DNA of 64,000 nucleotides from Burkholderiaceae bacterium (GCA_036725985.1 DAIMDD010000006.1:107227-171226); one strand, 5' to 3'; positions 49,658-59,475 are shown, counted from the first letter of the stretch. The notes: generated from the sequence alone by a model not told the origin. Numbers and translations: made by a program.

Positions 49658-50398
49658 TTATTTCCTGAAAAAATTTGCAAAGGCGGTTTGTGCTTCAGTA
49701 GACTTAAGACGCATGGTGAACAGGCCAAGCTCATAATCAAAGGCTTCATGAATAGCCGGGCGCGAGGTGTGTTTCATCATGCGTTTGGATAACTGTAAGG
49801 CTTCGGGTGGCAGTGCTGCCAGCTCGCGTGCGACAGCTTGTGCCTCGCTCAGAGCTTGCCCGGGCTGGGTTGCGCGCGTTGCAAAACCTGACTCGAAAGC
49901 TTCGAGCCCGGTAAAAGCTCGTCCGCGCAGTAACCATTCCGAGGCTCTCCTGGGACCAACGATTTGAGCCATCCGGATACTTGAGGCTCCCTCAGGGCAT
50001 AGACCTAGCGGTACAAAAGGGATTCTGAAATTTGCATTATCCGCAACATAAACAAAGTCGCAGTGTTGCAACATGGTCACGCCAATCCCGATTGCGCTGC
50101 CTTCGACTGCTGCGATGATGGGTAAATCACAATCGACCAGCGCTCTGAGAAAGGTAAGACCTGCACTATCGCCTGGAGCTCTGGGCGTTTGAAAATCTTT
50201 CAGATCATTACCCGCAGTGAAATAATTGTTGGCGCCTGTCAGGATGATCGCTCGCACCTCTTTATCATCACTTGCGTTTGAAACATAACTGGCGAGAGCC
50301 AGATAGGTGGCGATATCCAGTGCATTGCGACGCTCGGGACGATTGATGGTCAGAGTCAGCACGCCATCGCATTTATCGACCAGTACCGTTTGAGTCAC
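49658..50398 (-). CDS. Enoyl-CoA hydratase/isomerase (crotonase) family protein
   Basis: LTLTINRPERRNAL and the crotonase core. GTG start at 50398 with AAGGAAA upstream. The longer ORF (to 50512) would run through a terminator hairpin. Confidence 0.85.
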   Translation of the reverse strand: MTQTVLVDKCDGVLTLTINRPERRNALDIATYLALASYVSNASDDKEVRAIILTGANNYFTAGNDLKDFQTPRAPGDSAGLTFLRALVDCDLPIIAAVEGSAIGIGVTMLQHCDFVYVADNANFRIPFVPLGLCPEGASSIRMAQIVGPRRASEWLLRGRAFTGLEAFESGFATRATQPGQALSEAQAVARELAALPPEALQLSKRMMKHTSRPAIHEAFDYELGLFTMRLKSTEAQTAFANFFRK

Positions 50399-50494
50399 GA
50401 TCCATTTCCTTGATCTGGGTCTAAAGGCATAAGTGAGTGAAACGATATTACCTAACAAATGACCATAATGAAAAATGAATGCAGAAAAATCTCG

Positions 50495-50528
50495 AAAAAA
50501 AAGACCCACCACTACGGTGAGTCTTTTT
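50495..50528 (-). terminator. Rho-independent terminator after the BI-1 gene
   Basis: On the minus strand: AAGACTCACC-gtagt-GGTGGGTCTT followed by eight T residues. The stem has one mismatch. Confidence 0.75.
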
Positions 50529-50560
50529 GTGTATTACTTACAGCAAATATGCACAGCAAA

Positions 50561-51262
50561 TTAGTCGCGGCTGCTACCACCAAAAATGCCAAGGATCGCC
50601 AGCAAGTTTGAGAAGACGTTATAGACATCCAGATAGATGGCCAGGGTAGCGACAACATAATTGGTCTCGCCGCCGTTGACCACACGCTGCAAATCAATCA
50701 GCATGAAGGCTGAGAAAATCACAATCGCAACCACTGAAATGGTGAGCATCAGTGCGGGTAATTTAAGAAAAATATTGGCCAGGCTAGCGATCAGCAAAAT
50801 GACCATGCCGATGAACATGAACTTTGCCATGCCGGACAGATCGCGTTTAACAGTTGAGGCCAGAGTAGCCATCGTGCCAAAAACAATCGCGGTGCCGCCA
50901 AAGGCAAACATCACTAGTTGCGTGCCGTTGCTCATGCCAAGGACAAACCCGAGCAAGCGCGAGAGCATCACGCCCATAAAAAAGGTGAACAACAGTAAAA
51001 GACCAACACCAAGCGAGCTGTCTTTATTTTTTTCGATCGCAAACATCAGCCCGAATGCGCCGATGAGAAAGAAAATGGCAGTCATGCCGGGGCTGGTCGC
51101 CATCACTTGATTCAGACCGCTGGTCATACCAACGGCCGCACCCAGTACGGTCGGGATCAGCGAAATGGCCAAAAGCCAGTAGGTGTTGCGTAAGACCCGA
51201 TTGCGCACAACCTCTTGGGCGCCATAGGGGCTGCGGGTAAGGGTAGGGCGGACATCGTTCAT
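50561..51262 (-). CDS. Bax inhibitor-1 / YccA family membrane protein
   Basis: Seven TM segments and the typical N-terminus (RNRVLRNTYWLLA...). Confidence 0.9.
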   Translation of the reverse strand: MNDVRPTLTRSPYGAQEVVRNRVLRNTYWLLAISLIPTVLGAAVGMTSGLNQVMATSPGMTAIFFLIGAFGLMFAIEKNKDSSLGVGLLLLFTFFMGVMLSRLLGFVLGMSNGTQLVMFAFGGTAIVFGTMATLASTVKRDLSGMAKFMFIGMVILLIASLANIFLKLPALMLTISVVAIVIFSAFMLIDLQRVVNGGETNYVVATLAIYLDVYNVFSNLLAILGIFGGSSRD

Positions 51263-51401
51263 GGAAAAACTCCTGTCAGATAAATTTGAGACCAGAGAAA
51301 AATCTGTATTCCCTCAGTCTATGACTGAAAGCATACCTGACAGTTCCCTGAATGGCTAGATTCTAATGAAATAAATTGATAAAAATGCTGAGGAGCGCCT
51401 A

Positions 51402-51833
51402 TTAACTTAGCCGGTGTGACCTTAAATCGTGTCCGGCCGCCTGATAAGCACGCCAGCGCGCCCGAGCCCCTGCTTTATCCGACTCGTCTTCTGAGACGAT
51501 TTCAAGAACCCGTGTTAGTTTTCCAACCCAGGGGGGGCATTCTTCATCCAGATTCAGTAACCATGCCTCGGCGGGTGCGTCGGCGAGTACTTGCTGCAGA
51601 TTTTCTGAGGTCAGAATGATTGGTGTTTGTCCAGCCAGAGGATCGCTCGCCATGACATGCGGCACAAACGCTGCTTCCTCGAAGGCCCAGAGCTGAGAGT
51701 CAAATGCTTTGAGCCGGGCGGTGTCTGAGCAATAGACCACCATTTTTTGGCCCGCCAGGTACTGTCGCAAAGTCGTTTGACAGGCTTGCGACAGTTTGTT
51801 CGAGGCACCGAATGCGAAATCGATACGCGCCAT
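51402..51833 (-). CDS. holC: DNA polymerase III subunit chi
   Basis: LW....FVPH motif, about 143 aa, directly downstream of pepA as in E. coli. Confidence 0.85.
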   Translation of the reverse strand: MARIDFAFGASNKLSQACQTTLRQYLAGQKMVVYCSDTARLKAFDSQLWAFEEAAFVPHVMASDPLAGQTPIILTSENLQQVLADAPAEAWLLNLDEECPPWVGKLTRVLEIVSEDESDKAGARARWRAYQAAGHDLRSHRLS

Positions 51834-51842
51834 GGCTAGTAT

Positions 51843-53354
51843 TTATGCCGACTGATTGAGCAGGAATTGCAATAAAAGCGGCACTGGGCGTCCGGTTGAG
51901 CCTTTGATCGCTCCGCCTTTCCATGCTGTACCCGCGATATCGAGGTGTGCCCAGCGATACGCTTTGGCAAAGCGTGAGAGAAAGCAGGCCGCAGTCACTG
52001 CACCCGCTGGCTGGCCGCCGATATTAGCCATATCGGCAAAATTCGATTTCAGTTGAGTCTGGTAATCATCATCTAGCGGCATGCGCCAGGCTGGGTCACC
52101 TGCTTGTTTGCCAGCCTTCAGGATGGACTCCGCCAGCTCGTCGTCTTTTGAAAACAAGCCTGAATTCACGCCACCCAGTGCAACGACGCAGGCACCCGTC
52201 AGGGTAGCAATATCAATCACAGCAGAGGGTTTGAAACGCTCGGCATAAGTCAGTGCGTCGCACAGAATCAGTCGGCCTTCGGCATCCGTGTTGAGGATTT
52301 CGATGGTTTGGCCAGACATACTCTTGACGATGTCACCGGGCTTATTCGCGCTGCCATTGATCATGTTTTCGCAGGTCGGAATCAGGCCCACGACTTCTCC
52401 TGGCAAACCGAGCTCGGCCAATGCGCGAAAAGTCCCCAGCACACTGGCGGCACCACACATATCGAATTTCATTTCGTCCATTGTTGCGGCTGGTTTGATC
52501 GAGACGCCACCCGAGTCAAACGTTATGCCTTTACCGACCAGTACGACAGGGCCGGCTTTGTCTTTGGCAGCGGCTTTGGGCACGACTTTGCCCTTGTAAT
52601 GCAGCACGATAAAACGAGGGGGCTGGTCAGAACCTCTGGAGACCGAGAGGAAAGACCCCATGCCGAGTGCTGCAATCTGCTTGCCATCCAGAACGGTGAC
52701 CTTGATGCTTTTGAATTCACGGCCCAGTTTTTTCGCTGTTTCGCCCAGATAAGTGGGTGTGCAGATATTGCCAGGCAAATTACCGAGTGTGCGAGCGAAC
52801 GAGACACCTTCGCCAAGCGCTGCGCCTTGTTTGAGGCCAAGCTCGGTTGCGGCACTGTCAGAACGAGCGACGACCAGGGAGAGTTTTTTGAGTTTTGGAC
52901 GGGCATCCGGATTGGGTTTGCCAAAAGTTGCATCATAGTGGTAGGTCGCCTCGCTCACAGCCGCAGCCGCATCGCGGGCACGATCCATGGCTGTAGTGCC
53001 CGGGCAGGTAATGGCTGACAAGGTTGAACTGGCCTCGGTGACCCGGGCGGTTATGCAGGCGCTGGCAAAAGCTTTTTCTGCACTTGCATGCATGCGCCCA
53101 CTGTATTCCGCTTGCTTGCCCAGACCAACGAGTACGACGCGCTGGGCCGCCACACCGTTCAGATTACGCAGGATCAAGGTGCTGTTCGCAGACCCGGTGA
53201 ACTCGGTTTTCATCACTGCACGGATTGCGCCGTTGCTGGCACGATCAATCACATCGGCCGCTGGGCTCAGTACGCCCTCAGTGAATATGCCAACAGCCAG
53301 AGCCGACGTTTTGATTTGATGAATTGAGACCGAGGTATTTGTACTGAATTCCAT
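51843..53354 (-). CDS. pepA: Leucyl aminopeptidase (M17)
   Basis: NTDAEGRL signature, VGKGITFDSGG and about 500 aa. Confidence 0.95.
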   Translation of the reverse strand: MEFSTNTSVSIHQIKTSALAVGIFTEGVLSPAADVIDRASNGAIRAVMKTEFTGSANSTLILRNLNGVAAQRVVLVGLGKQAEYSGRMHASAEKAFASACITARVTEASSTLSAITCPGTTAMDRARDAAAAVSEATYHYDATFGKPNPDARPKLKKLSLVVARSDSAATELGLKQGAALGEGVSFARTLGNLPGNICTPTYLGETAKKLGREFKSIKVTVLDGKQIAALGMGSFLSVSRGSDQPPRFIVLHYKGKVVPKAAAKDKAGPVVLVGKGITFDSGGVSIKPAATMDEMKFDMCGAASVLGTFRALAELGLPGEVVGLIPTCENMINGSANKPGDIVKSMSGQTIEILNTDAEGRLILCDALTYAERFKPSAVIDIATLTGACVVALGGVNSGLFSKDDELAESILKAGKQAGDPAWRMPLDDDYQTQLKSNFADMANIGGQPAGAVTAACFLSRFAKAYRWAHLDIAGTAWKGGAIKGSTGRPVPLLLQFLLNQSA

Positions 53355-53528
53355 GAGTGGTGCCTATTTGCGTCTAAGGAGAAGGTAGGTCAAAACATGG
53401 AACTGATTATCCCGCATTTTGAGCAAATCCATAGGGATTTCAATACATTCAAGAAAGAAGCTTATTTCTATTTGTTATTTAATATATTTTCTATATTACT
53501 TATAATGTGAATTCATCTTGAGGTCCAC

Positions 53529-54467
53529 ATGAACTTGCAGCAATTTCGTTTTGTCCGTGAAACTATTCGACGCGACTTTAACCTGACAGAAGCCGCGCGC
53601 AACCTGTTCACTTCGCAGCCAGGCGTGTCAAAAGCCATCCTGGAATTCGAGGACGAACTCGGCGTCCAGATCTTCGAGCGACACGGCAAGCGCATCAAAG
53701 GCTTAACCAAACCTGGCCAGGCTGTAGCGCAGGTGGTTGATCGTATTATGAGAGAGATCGATAACCTCAAAAAAGTCAGCGACGAATTCGCTAAACGCGA
53801 CGAAGGCAGTCTCGTGATTGCCTGTACACATACGCAGGCACGTTATGTACTGCCGAAAATCATTCCTGCTTTTCGTATGAAATTTCCCCGTGTCCATCTT
53901 GCCTTGGCAGAGGGCAGTCCGCCACAGTTGGCCGAAATGGTACTGAACGAACAAGCTGATCTGGCGATTGCGACTGAATCATTGTCCTTGACGCCCGGCC
54001 TTGAAACCTTGCCTTGCTATACCTGGGAGCACACGGTGGTCGTGCGCCCCGACCATCCTCTGGCAGAGTTATCCAGGAAAAAAGGCTTTGTCCTCGGCCT
54101 GGAGCATCTCGCCAGTTACCCGATTGTGACCTATGATCGCGCCTTTTCCGGGCGCCGTTCTGTCAATGATGCCTTTGAAAAATTAAATTTACATCCTGAT
54201 ATCGTGCTCGAAGCGATCGATGCCGATGTGATTAAAACCTACGTGGACGTGGGGCTCGGGATCGGTATTATTGCTGGCGTGGCCTATGAGCCCGCACGCG
54301 ACACCAATCTCGTGAGCTTGCCTGCCGGACATCTGTTTGGTGTTCAGACGACTCGTATCGCGATCAAATCTGGTGTGTTTTTACGAGATTATGTTTATAC
54401 ATTTATTGCTATGCTGACCCCGGAGTTCACAGAGGATGAAGTCAGAGAGTTGATAGAAAAAAAATGA
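53529..54467 (+). CDS. LysR-type transcriptional regulator, CysB family
   Basis: The N-terminus MNLQQFRFV...NLTEAARNLFTSQPGVSKAILEFEDELGVQIFERHGKR is CysB/Cbl-like. Confidence 0.85.
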   Translation: MNLQQFRFVRETIRRDFNLTEAARNLFTSQPGVSKAILEFEDELGVQIFERHGKRIKGLTKPGQAVAQVVDRIMREIDNLKKVSDEFAKRDEGSLVIACTHTQARYVLPKIIPAFRMKFPRVHLALAEGSPPQLAEMVLNEQADLAIATESLSLTPGLETLPCYTWEHTVVVRPDHPLAELSRKKGFVLGLEHLASYPIVTYDRAFSGRRSVNDAFEKLNLHPDIVLEAIDADVIKTYVDVGLGIGIIAGVAYEPARDTNLVSLPAGHLFGVQTTRIAIKSGVFLRDYVYTFIAMLTPEFTEDEVRELIEKK

Positions 54468-54468
54468 G

Positions 54469-54514
54469 AATAAGTATTATTACACTTGTAATTTAAATAA
54501 GAATCATTATCATT
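54469..54514. promoter_or_regulatory. Fur-box-like AT-rich hexamer array with a 14-bp palindrome, upstream of the DUF2325 gene
   Basis: 54493-54511 ttaaataagAATCATTATC matches the Fur consensus GATAATGATAATCATTATC at 14 of 19 positions (right half 10 of 10). The palindrome ATTACAcTTGTAAT is at 54479-54492. The gene start is at 54543. Confidence 0.35.
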
Positions 54515-54542
54515 TAGTCTGTTGATTCATGGAGCAGATTAA

Positions 54543-54902
54543 ATGTCGACATCAGTTTTTTCAATTACGCCTTCAGTAGAACCCGTAAAACAGGCGATAC
54601 GTCATGCTGTGATCGTAGGGGCGGATCGCTTGGGCAATATCCCTGACTTGTTGCGGGACCATAATATTTCAATCACGCATCACATCAGCGGTCGCGAGCC
54701 CGCTCATCAGAAAAAAACACTCCACCTGCCTACTGGGACCGAAATCGTCATCCTGTTGACGGATTTTTTAGGTCATAACGTAATGAAAACGTTTCGTCAG
54801 GCGGCGCAGCGCGGGGGTATTCAGGTGGTTGCATGCAGGCGTTCTGTTTGCGCGATGCAGCAGGCATTAAATCAATGCGGACTTTGCACAAAGGCGGCAT
54901 AG
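54543..54902 (+). CDS. DUF2325-like small protein
   Basis: 119 aa. The C-terminal pattern LGHNVMKTFRQAAQRGGIQVVACRRS resembles DUF2325 as I remember it. GGAG Shine-Dalgarno. Confidence 0.65.
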   Translation: MSTSVFSITPSVEPVKQAIRHAVIVGADRLGNIPDLLRDHNISITHHISGREPAHQKKTLHLPTGTEIVILLTDFLGHNVMKTFRQAAQRGGIQVVACRRSVCAMQQALNQCGLCTKAA

Positions 54903-54994
54903 ATAATTCGTCAGGCAGTATTGATGCTGGGTCTTTTTAGCAGATTGGCAAGGCAGGGTACTGCGTCTGCGCGTTTCACGCGCGAGGCGAAGGA

Positions 54995-55633
54995 TTATTT
55001 TGCTGCAACGGCTGCCAGATCCAGACGGCGTGCGCCTGTGTAGCGTTTGGCCCAGTAACGGTCATTCATGTTTTCTACCCGTACGACACCACCTGAGGCG
55101 GGGGAGTGGACAAACTGGTCCTGGCCGATATAAACACCAACATGGGAATATTTCCGGCCCATGGTATTAAAAAATACCAGATCGCCCACGGCAAGATCGG
55201 TGCGGGCAACATTATCACCCTGGCGTGCCATGTCATCTGCGCGCGGTGGCAGTTTTAAGCCAAGGGACTGATTTGCAGAATAACCAACCAGGCCACTGCA
55301 ATCAAAGCCGGTATCGGGTGTCTTGCCGCCTGAACGATAGCGCACGCCTAGCTGCGTCATCATGTGCGCAGCGAGTGGGTGATCGATGTCAGCATAGTAC
55401 AGACCGTTGCCGCTTCTGGAGCGGGCAAGGAACGCACCAATCGGGTCATTGGAGTTGCGCCAGTCGGCGCTCGCTGCAGAATAACCGCCGAGTCCGAAAA
55501 CGGCATTTTTCTGTGTATCCATCCCGGTGCAACCACTCAATAGCGTGATCGCTGACACGGCAGCCATCCATGTGGCGCGCTTGAAGGCGCGAGCATGGCA
55601 GCATAGACGTGCAAAGGAGGAAAATTGAATCAT
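54995..55633 (-). CDS. NlpC/P60 (C40) peptidoglycan endopeptidase lipoprotein
   Basis: Lipobox LLSGC, catalytic FDCSGLV Cys and the later YSHVGVYIG His. The alternative start is at 55567. Confidence 0.85.
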   Translation of the reverse strand: MIQFSSFARLCCHARAFKRATWMAAVSAITLLSGCTGMDTQKNAVFGLGGYSAASADWRNSNDPIGAFLARSRSGNGLYYADIDHPLAAHMMTQLGVRYRSGGKTPDTGFDCSGLVGYSANQSLGLKLPPRADDMARQGDNVARTDLAVGDLVFFNTMGRKYSHVGVYIGQDQFVHSPASGGVVRVENMNDRYWAKRYTGARRLDLAAVAAK

Positions 55634-55727
55634 GTAGTTTGGTTTGAAACTGGGGATTTATTGCATTGCGTCAATTCTGAGGGTTTTTTTGATAAATGGC
55701 AAGGCTCGTGAAAGCTTCAACTGCCAC

Positions 55728-55753
55728 AATGATAGTACAAAATGATAGTACAA
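55728..55753 (+). repeat. Perfect tandem duplication of a 13-mer (AATGATAGTACAA, two copies) upstream of prpE
   Basis: Read directly from the sequence. It ends 40 nt upstream of the ATG at 55794. Confidence 0.95.
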
Positions 55754-55793
55754 AAAATCTCATTTATCTAAATTCGATTTCCGGAGACTCTGC

Positions 55794-57680
55794 ATGAACG
55801 CTGTCCAAGCCTTCCACCGCCGCTCGATACAGGATCGTGATCAATTCTGGCGCGAAGAAGCCGGGGCGATTCACTGGCATGTTCCCTTTGAAAAGGTCCT
55901 TGATGATACTAAGTTACCCTTTTCTAAATGGTTTGTAGGCGGTCAGACGAACTTGTGTTTTAACGCCGTGGATCGTTGGCTGGATAGTCGTGCCGATCAG
56001 GCAGCACTGATCTGGGTCTCGACTGAGGTGGACAAGGAGCAAACCTACACATACCGCCAACTCCATCAAGAGGTCAATGCTGTTGCGGCCATGCTTGAGG
56101 CTCAAGGCGTCGGCCAGGGGGATCGTGTACTGATTTATATGCCAATGGTGCCTGAAGCGGTGTTTGCCATGCTGGCCTGCGCGCGTCTGGGGGCGATCCA
56201 TTCGGTGGTGTTTGGCGGGTTTGCCTCGGTCAACCTGGCTCAGCGTATCGATGATGCCAAGCCAAAAGTCATCGTCTGTGCCGATGCAGGCTCACGCGTA
56301 GGCAAGGTCACACCTTACAAGCCCTTGCTGGACAAAGCCGTATCGCTTTGCACCGCCCCCCCGGAAAAAGTAATCGTGGTCGATCGCGGACTGTTTGCTT
56401 TTGAGCCCGTAGCAGGACGCGATCTGGACTATGCGAGCTTGCGCAAGCAATTCGATGCTGTGCAGATCCCCGCTGTCTGGCTCGAGTCGTCCGCACCAAG
56501 CTATGTGCTCTACACCTCAGGCACCACCGGCAAGCCCAAAGGCGTTCAGCGCGATGTTGGCGGTTATGCTGTGGCACTGGCATCGTCGATCAAGCATATT
56601 TTTAATGGTAAGCCTGGCGATACGTTTCTTTGTACCAGCGATATCGGCTGGGTCGTTGGGCATTCCTACATTGTGTATGGTCCATTGATTGGTGGGCAGA
56701 CAACGATTCTTTACGAAGGCACCCCCGTCAGACCTGATGGCGGGATCCTCTGGAGTCTGGTCGAGCGTTTTAAAGTTGACACGATGTTTTCTGCACCAAC
56801 AGCTATTCGTGTACTTAAAAAGCAGGATCCAGGCCTGCTCAAAAAATACGATTTGTCCTCTCTGCGTGCCTTGTATATGGCGGGCGAGCCTCTGGATGAA
56901 CCAACCGCGCAATGGATCTCCGAGGGGCTGGGTAAGCCGATTATTGATAATTACTGGCAGACTGAGACAGGCTGGCCGATTCTGGCAGGTCAGCCCGGGA
57001 TTGAAAATGTACCAACCAAGTTTGGAAGCCCTTCCTTTCCAGTCTATGGTTTTGATGTCCGGGTGATCGATGAGCAGACTGGTGAGGATCTGGGCGCCAA
57101 CCAGAAAGGAGTGGTCGCTATTGTGCCGCCTTTACCGCCCGGTGCGATGACTACGATCTGGGGCGATGACGCACGTTTTGTTGAGACTTATTTTTCCTCC
57201 ATCCCGGGGCGACAGGTTTACTCAACCTTTGACTGGGGACTGGTCGATGAGGACGATTACTGGTTCATTCTGGGACGCACCGATGATGTGATTAACGTTG
57301 CCGGCCACCGTTTAGGAACTCGGGAAATCGAAGAGTCCATCAATAGCCATTCAGCCGTTGCTGAGTCGGCGGTAGTTGGGATTGCTGATCAGCTTAAAGG
57401 TCAGGTCGCAGTGGGTTTTGCTGTGCTCAAAGACCCTGGTTTGCTCGATATTGCGGGTGCCACACAAAAGCTTGAAGCAGAGATCATGAAAGTCGTGGAT
57501 GAGCAGTTAGGGCCCGTTGCCCGACCCGCACGAGTCCGTTTTGTGACGACCTTGCCTAAGACGCGGTCTGGTAAAGTATTGCGTCGTGCGATTGTGGCGG
57601 TTTGCGAAGGACGCGACCCAGGTGATCTCACCACAATCGAAGACCCTACTGCACTAGAACAAATCAAGGATTCACTATGA
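55794..57680 (+). CDS. prpE: Propionate-CoA ligase-like AMP-forming acyl-CoA synthetase
   Basis: YTSGTTGKPKG, an Acs/PrpE-type N-terminus (RDQFWREEA...W) and a C-terminal PKTRSGK. 628 aa. Confidence 0.8.
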   Translation: MNAVQAFHRRSIQDRDQFWREEAGAIHWHVPFEKVLDDTKLPFSKWFVGGQTNLCFNAVDRWLDSRADQAALIWVSTEVDKEQTYTYRQLHQEVNAVAAMLEAQGVGQGDRVLIYMPMVPEAVFAMLACARLGAIHSVVFGGFASVNLAQRIDDAKPKVIVCADAGSRVGKVTPYKPLLDKAVSLCTAPPEKVIVVDRGLFAFEPVAGRDLDYASLRKQFDAVQIPAVWLESSAPSYVLYTSGTTGKPKGVQRDVGGYAVALASSIKHIFNGKPGDTFLCTSDIGWVVGHSYIVYGPLIGGQTTILYEGTPVRPDGGILWSLVERFKVDTMFSAPTAIRVLKKQDPGLLKKYDLSSLRALYMAGEPLDEPTAQWISEGLGKPIIDNYWQTETGWPILAGQPGIENVPTKFGSPSFPVYGFDVRVIDEQTGEDLGANQKGVVAIVPPLPPGAMTTIWGDDARFVETYFSSIPGRQVYSTFDWGLVDEDDYWFILGRTDDVINVAGHRLGTREIEESINSHSAVAESAVVGIADQLKGQVAVGFAVLKDPGLLDIAGATQKLEAEIMKVVDEQLGPVARPARVRFVTTLPKTRSGKVLRRAIVAVCEGRDPGDLTTIEDPTALEQIKDSL

Positions 57681-58084
57681 AAACCAAAGCTGTCTTGACC
57701 GATTCCGATGTTTCAAAAATGCTGGCCGCTTCAAAAGCCTGCGCCAATAAAAACAGTTGGGCCGTGACTATTGCGATTGTTGACGACGGTGGTCACCTGC
57801 TTGGTTTGCAACGTCTGGACGGCGCAGCACCCGTATCAGCGCATATTGCTCCAGCCAAGGCACACACCGCCGCCTTGGGTCGTCGTGAAACCAAAGTTTA
57901 CGAAGACATCATCAATAATGGCCGTACCGCGTTTTTATCTGCTCCCTTAGTGGCTGGCATGCTCGAAGGCGGTGTGCCAATTGTTGTTGATGGCGAAGTC
58001 ATCGGTGCAGTTGGCGTGTCAGGCGTGAAATCCTCCGAGGATGCAGAAGTCGCTCAAGCCGGGATCGCTGCGCTCAAAGCCTGA
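57677..58084 (+). CDS. GlcG/HbpS-like (DUF336) heme-binding-family protein
   Basis: 135 aa with the DUF336-like pattern (IAIVDDGGHLL...GAVGVSG). Its start overlaps the prpE stop (ATGA). Confidence 0.8.
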   Translation: MKTKAVLTDSDVSKMLAASKACANKNSWAVTIAIVDDGGHLLGLQRLDGAAPVSAHIAPAKAHTAALGRRETKVYEDIINNGRTAFLSAPLVAGMLEGGVPIVVDGEVIGAVGVSGVKSSEDAEVAQAGIAALKA

Positions 58085-59475
58085 TGTTCAACTTTTCACG
58101 CATGCTCAATCGGGGTGTGCGTGTTCGCGAGTTGTGGGCCTGGGCGATGCTCGATTTTGCTAACTCAGGCTATACCACGGTGGTTCTTACTGCCGTGTTC
58201 AGTGCCTATTTTGTAGGTGTCGTGGCTGGCAGTGCCCCTTGGGCGACTTTTGTCTGGACTGCAACGCTTTGCGCTTCCTATCTGCTTGTGATGTGCAGTG
58301 TGCCGTTACTTTCCGTTTTTGCCGATGCGCAGGCGGGCCGCAGACGGCTTCTCTTTTCCAGCGTTGCGGGTTGCGTGGTATTTACTGCGCTGCTGGCACT
58401 TGCGGGTCCTGGTGACCTCTGGATTGCCGTGCTGGCTGTGGTGTGTTCAAACTTCTGTTTTGGACTGTCTGAGTCGGCCATTGCCTCTTTTCTCCCCTCG
58501 ATCGCCAGGCAGGATTCGCTTGGCCGGGTGAGCGGAATAGGTTGGGGTCTGGGCTATGTTGGAGGCTTATTCGCTCTTGCCGTGGCCTTGTGGATTGTGA
58601 CGCAGGGGCAGGCTCAAGACCTGGGAGCCGAAGTCACCGTCCCGCTCGTGATGCTCTGGACAGCAGCTATTTTCTTACTCGCAACGCTCCCCGCCTGGTT
58701 TTTGCTTAAAGAGCCTGGTCTTGAGTCATTCAAGGACGAACCGTTTGCAGTGCCTGTCACCGTCTCTGGAAAGGCACACCCGAAAAAACTGACTGAAAAA
58801 TTGTTCGGCATCGCTCAGACGCTGGCTCTCATCGTGACGGAAATTAAGCGTGATTTTTCTGAGTTTAAGCGTCTATTGTTTTGCATCGTCTGTTATCAGG
58901 CCGGCATCGCGGTCGTCATTACGCTGGCTGCCGTCTACGCCGAACAGGTAATGGGCTTTACTCTCACTCAGACGCTTATGCTGATTTTTGCCGTGAATAT
59001 CGCTGCAGCGTTAGGAGCCGTGTTATTTGGTTATGTTCAGGATCAGCTAGGACATCGACGTGCGCTGGCGCTCGCGCTGATTGGCTGGCTGATCACCAGT
59101 CTGACAGCCTTTTCGGCTGTCGATGCAAGCGTTTTCTGGTTCGCGGCCTGTCTGGCTGGTCTTTGCATGGGAACCACCCAAAGCGCTGGCCGAGCGATGG
59201 TGGCTGGCTTTGCACCTGCACACCGGCAAGCTCTTTTTTTTGGCTTATGGAGTTTTTCCACCCAACTCGCCGCAGCGATCGGGCCACTGACCTATGGCCT
59301 CGTGACGTGGGCGACGGGGGGTAATCAACGCCTGGCGATGCTCTGTACGAGCGTTTTTTTTGTGGTCGCATTGATTATTCTCAAGAGTATTTCCTGGGAA
59401 CGCGGTCAGCTGCAGAAACATGCTTCTCTCGTTCTAATTAGCGTATGTAAGGAAGAAGTAAGAGCATGCGATTAA
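58084..59475 (+). CDS. MFS transporter (UMF1 / Atg22-like subfamily)
   Basis: Twelve-TM architecture with N-terminal WAMLDFANSGYTTVV. The ATG overlaps the glcG-like stop (TGATG). Confidence 0.85.
   Translation: MFNFSRMLNRGVRVRELWAWAMLDFANSGYTTVVLTAVFSAYFVGVVAGSAPWATFVWTATLCASYLLVMCSVPLLSVFADAQAGRRRLLFSSVAGCVVFTALLALAGPGDLWIAVLAVVCSNFCFGLSESAIASFLPSIARQDSLGRVSGIGWGLGYVGGLFALAVALWIVTQGQAQDLGAEVTVPLVMLWTAAIFLLATLPAWFLLKEPGLESFKDEPFAVPVTVSGKAHPKKLTEKLFGIAQTLALIVTEIKRDFSEFKRLLFCIVCYQAGIAVVITLAAVYAEQVMGFTLTQTLMLIFAVNIAAALGAVLFGYVQDQLGHRRALALALIGWLITSLTAFSAVDASVFWFAACLAGLCMGTTQSAGRAMVAGFAPAHRQALFFGLWSFSTQLAAAIGPLTYGLVTWATGGNQRLAMLCTSVFFVVALIILKSISWERGQLQKHASLVLISVCKEEVRACD

Noticed and set aside
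55697-55711. The sigma-54-like element TGGCAAggctcGTGA upstream of prpE.
   Set aside because: The -24 GG is present, but the -12 element (GTGA versus TTGC) is poor. No enhancer-binding-protein gene is nearby.
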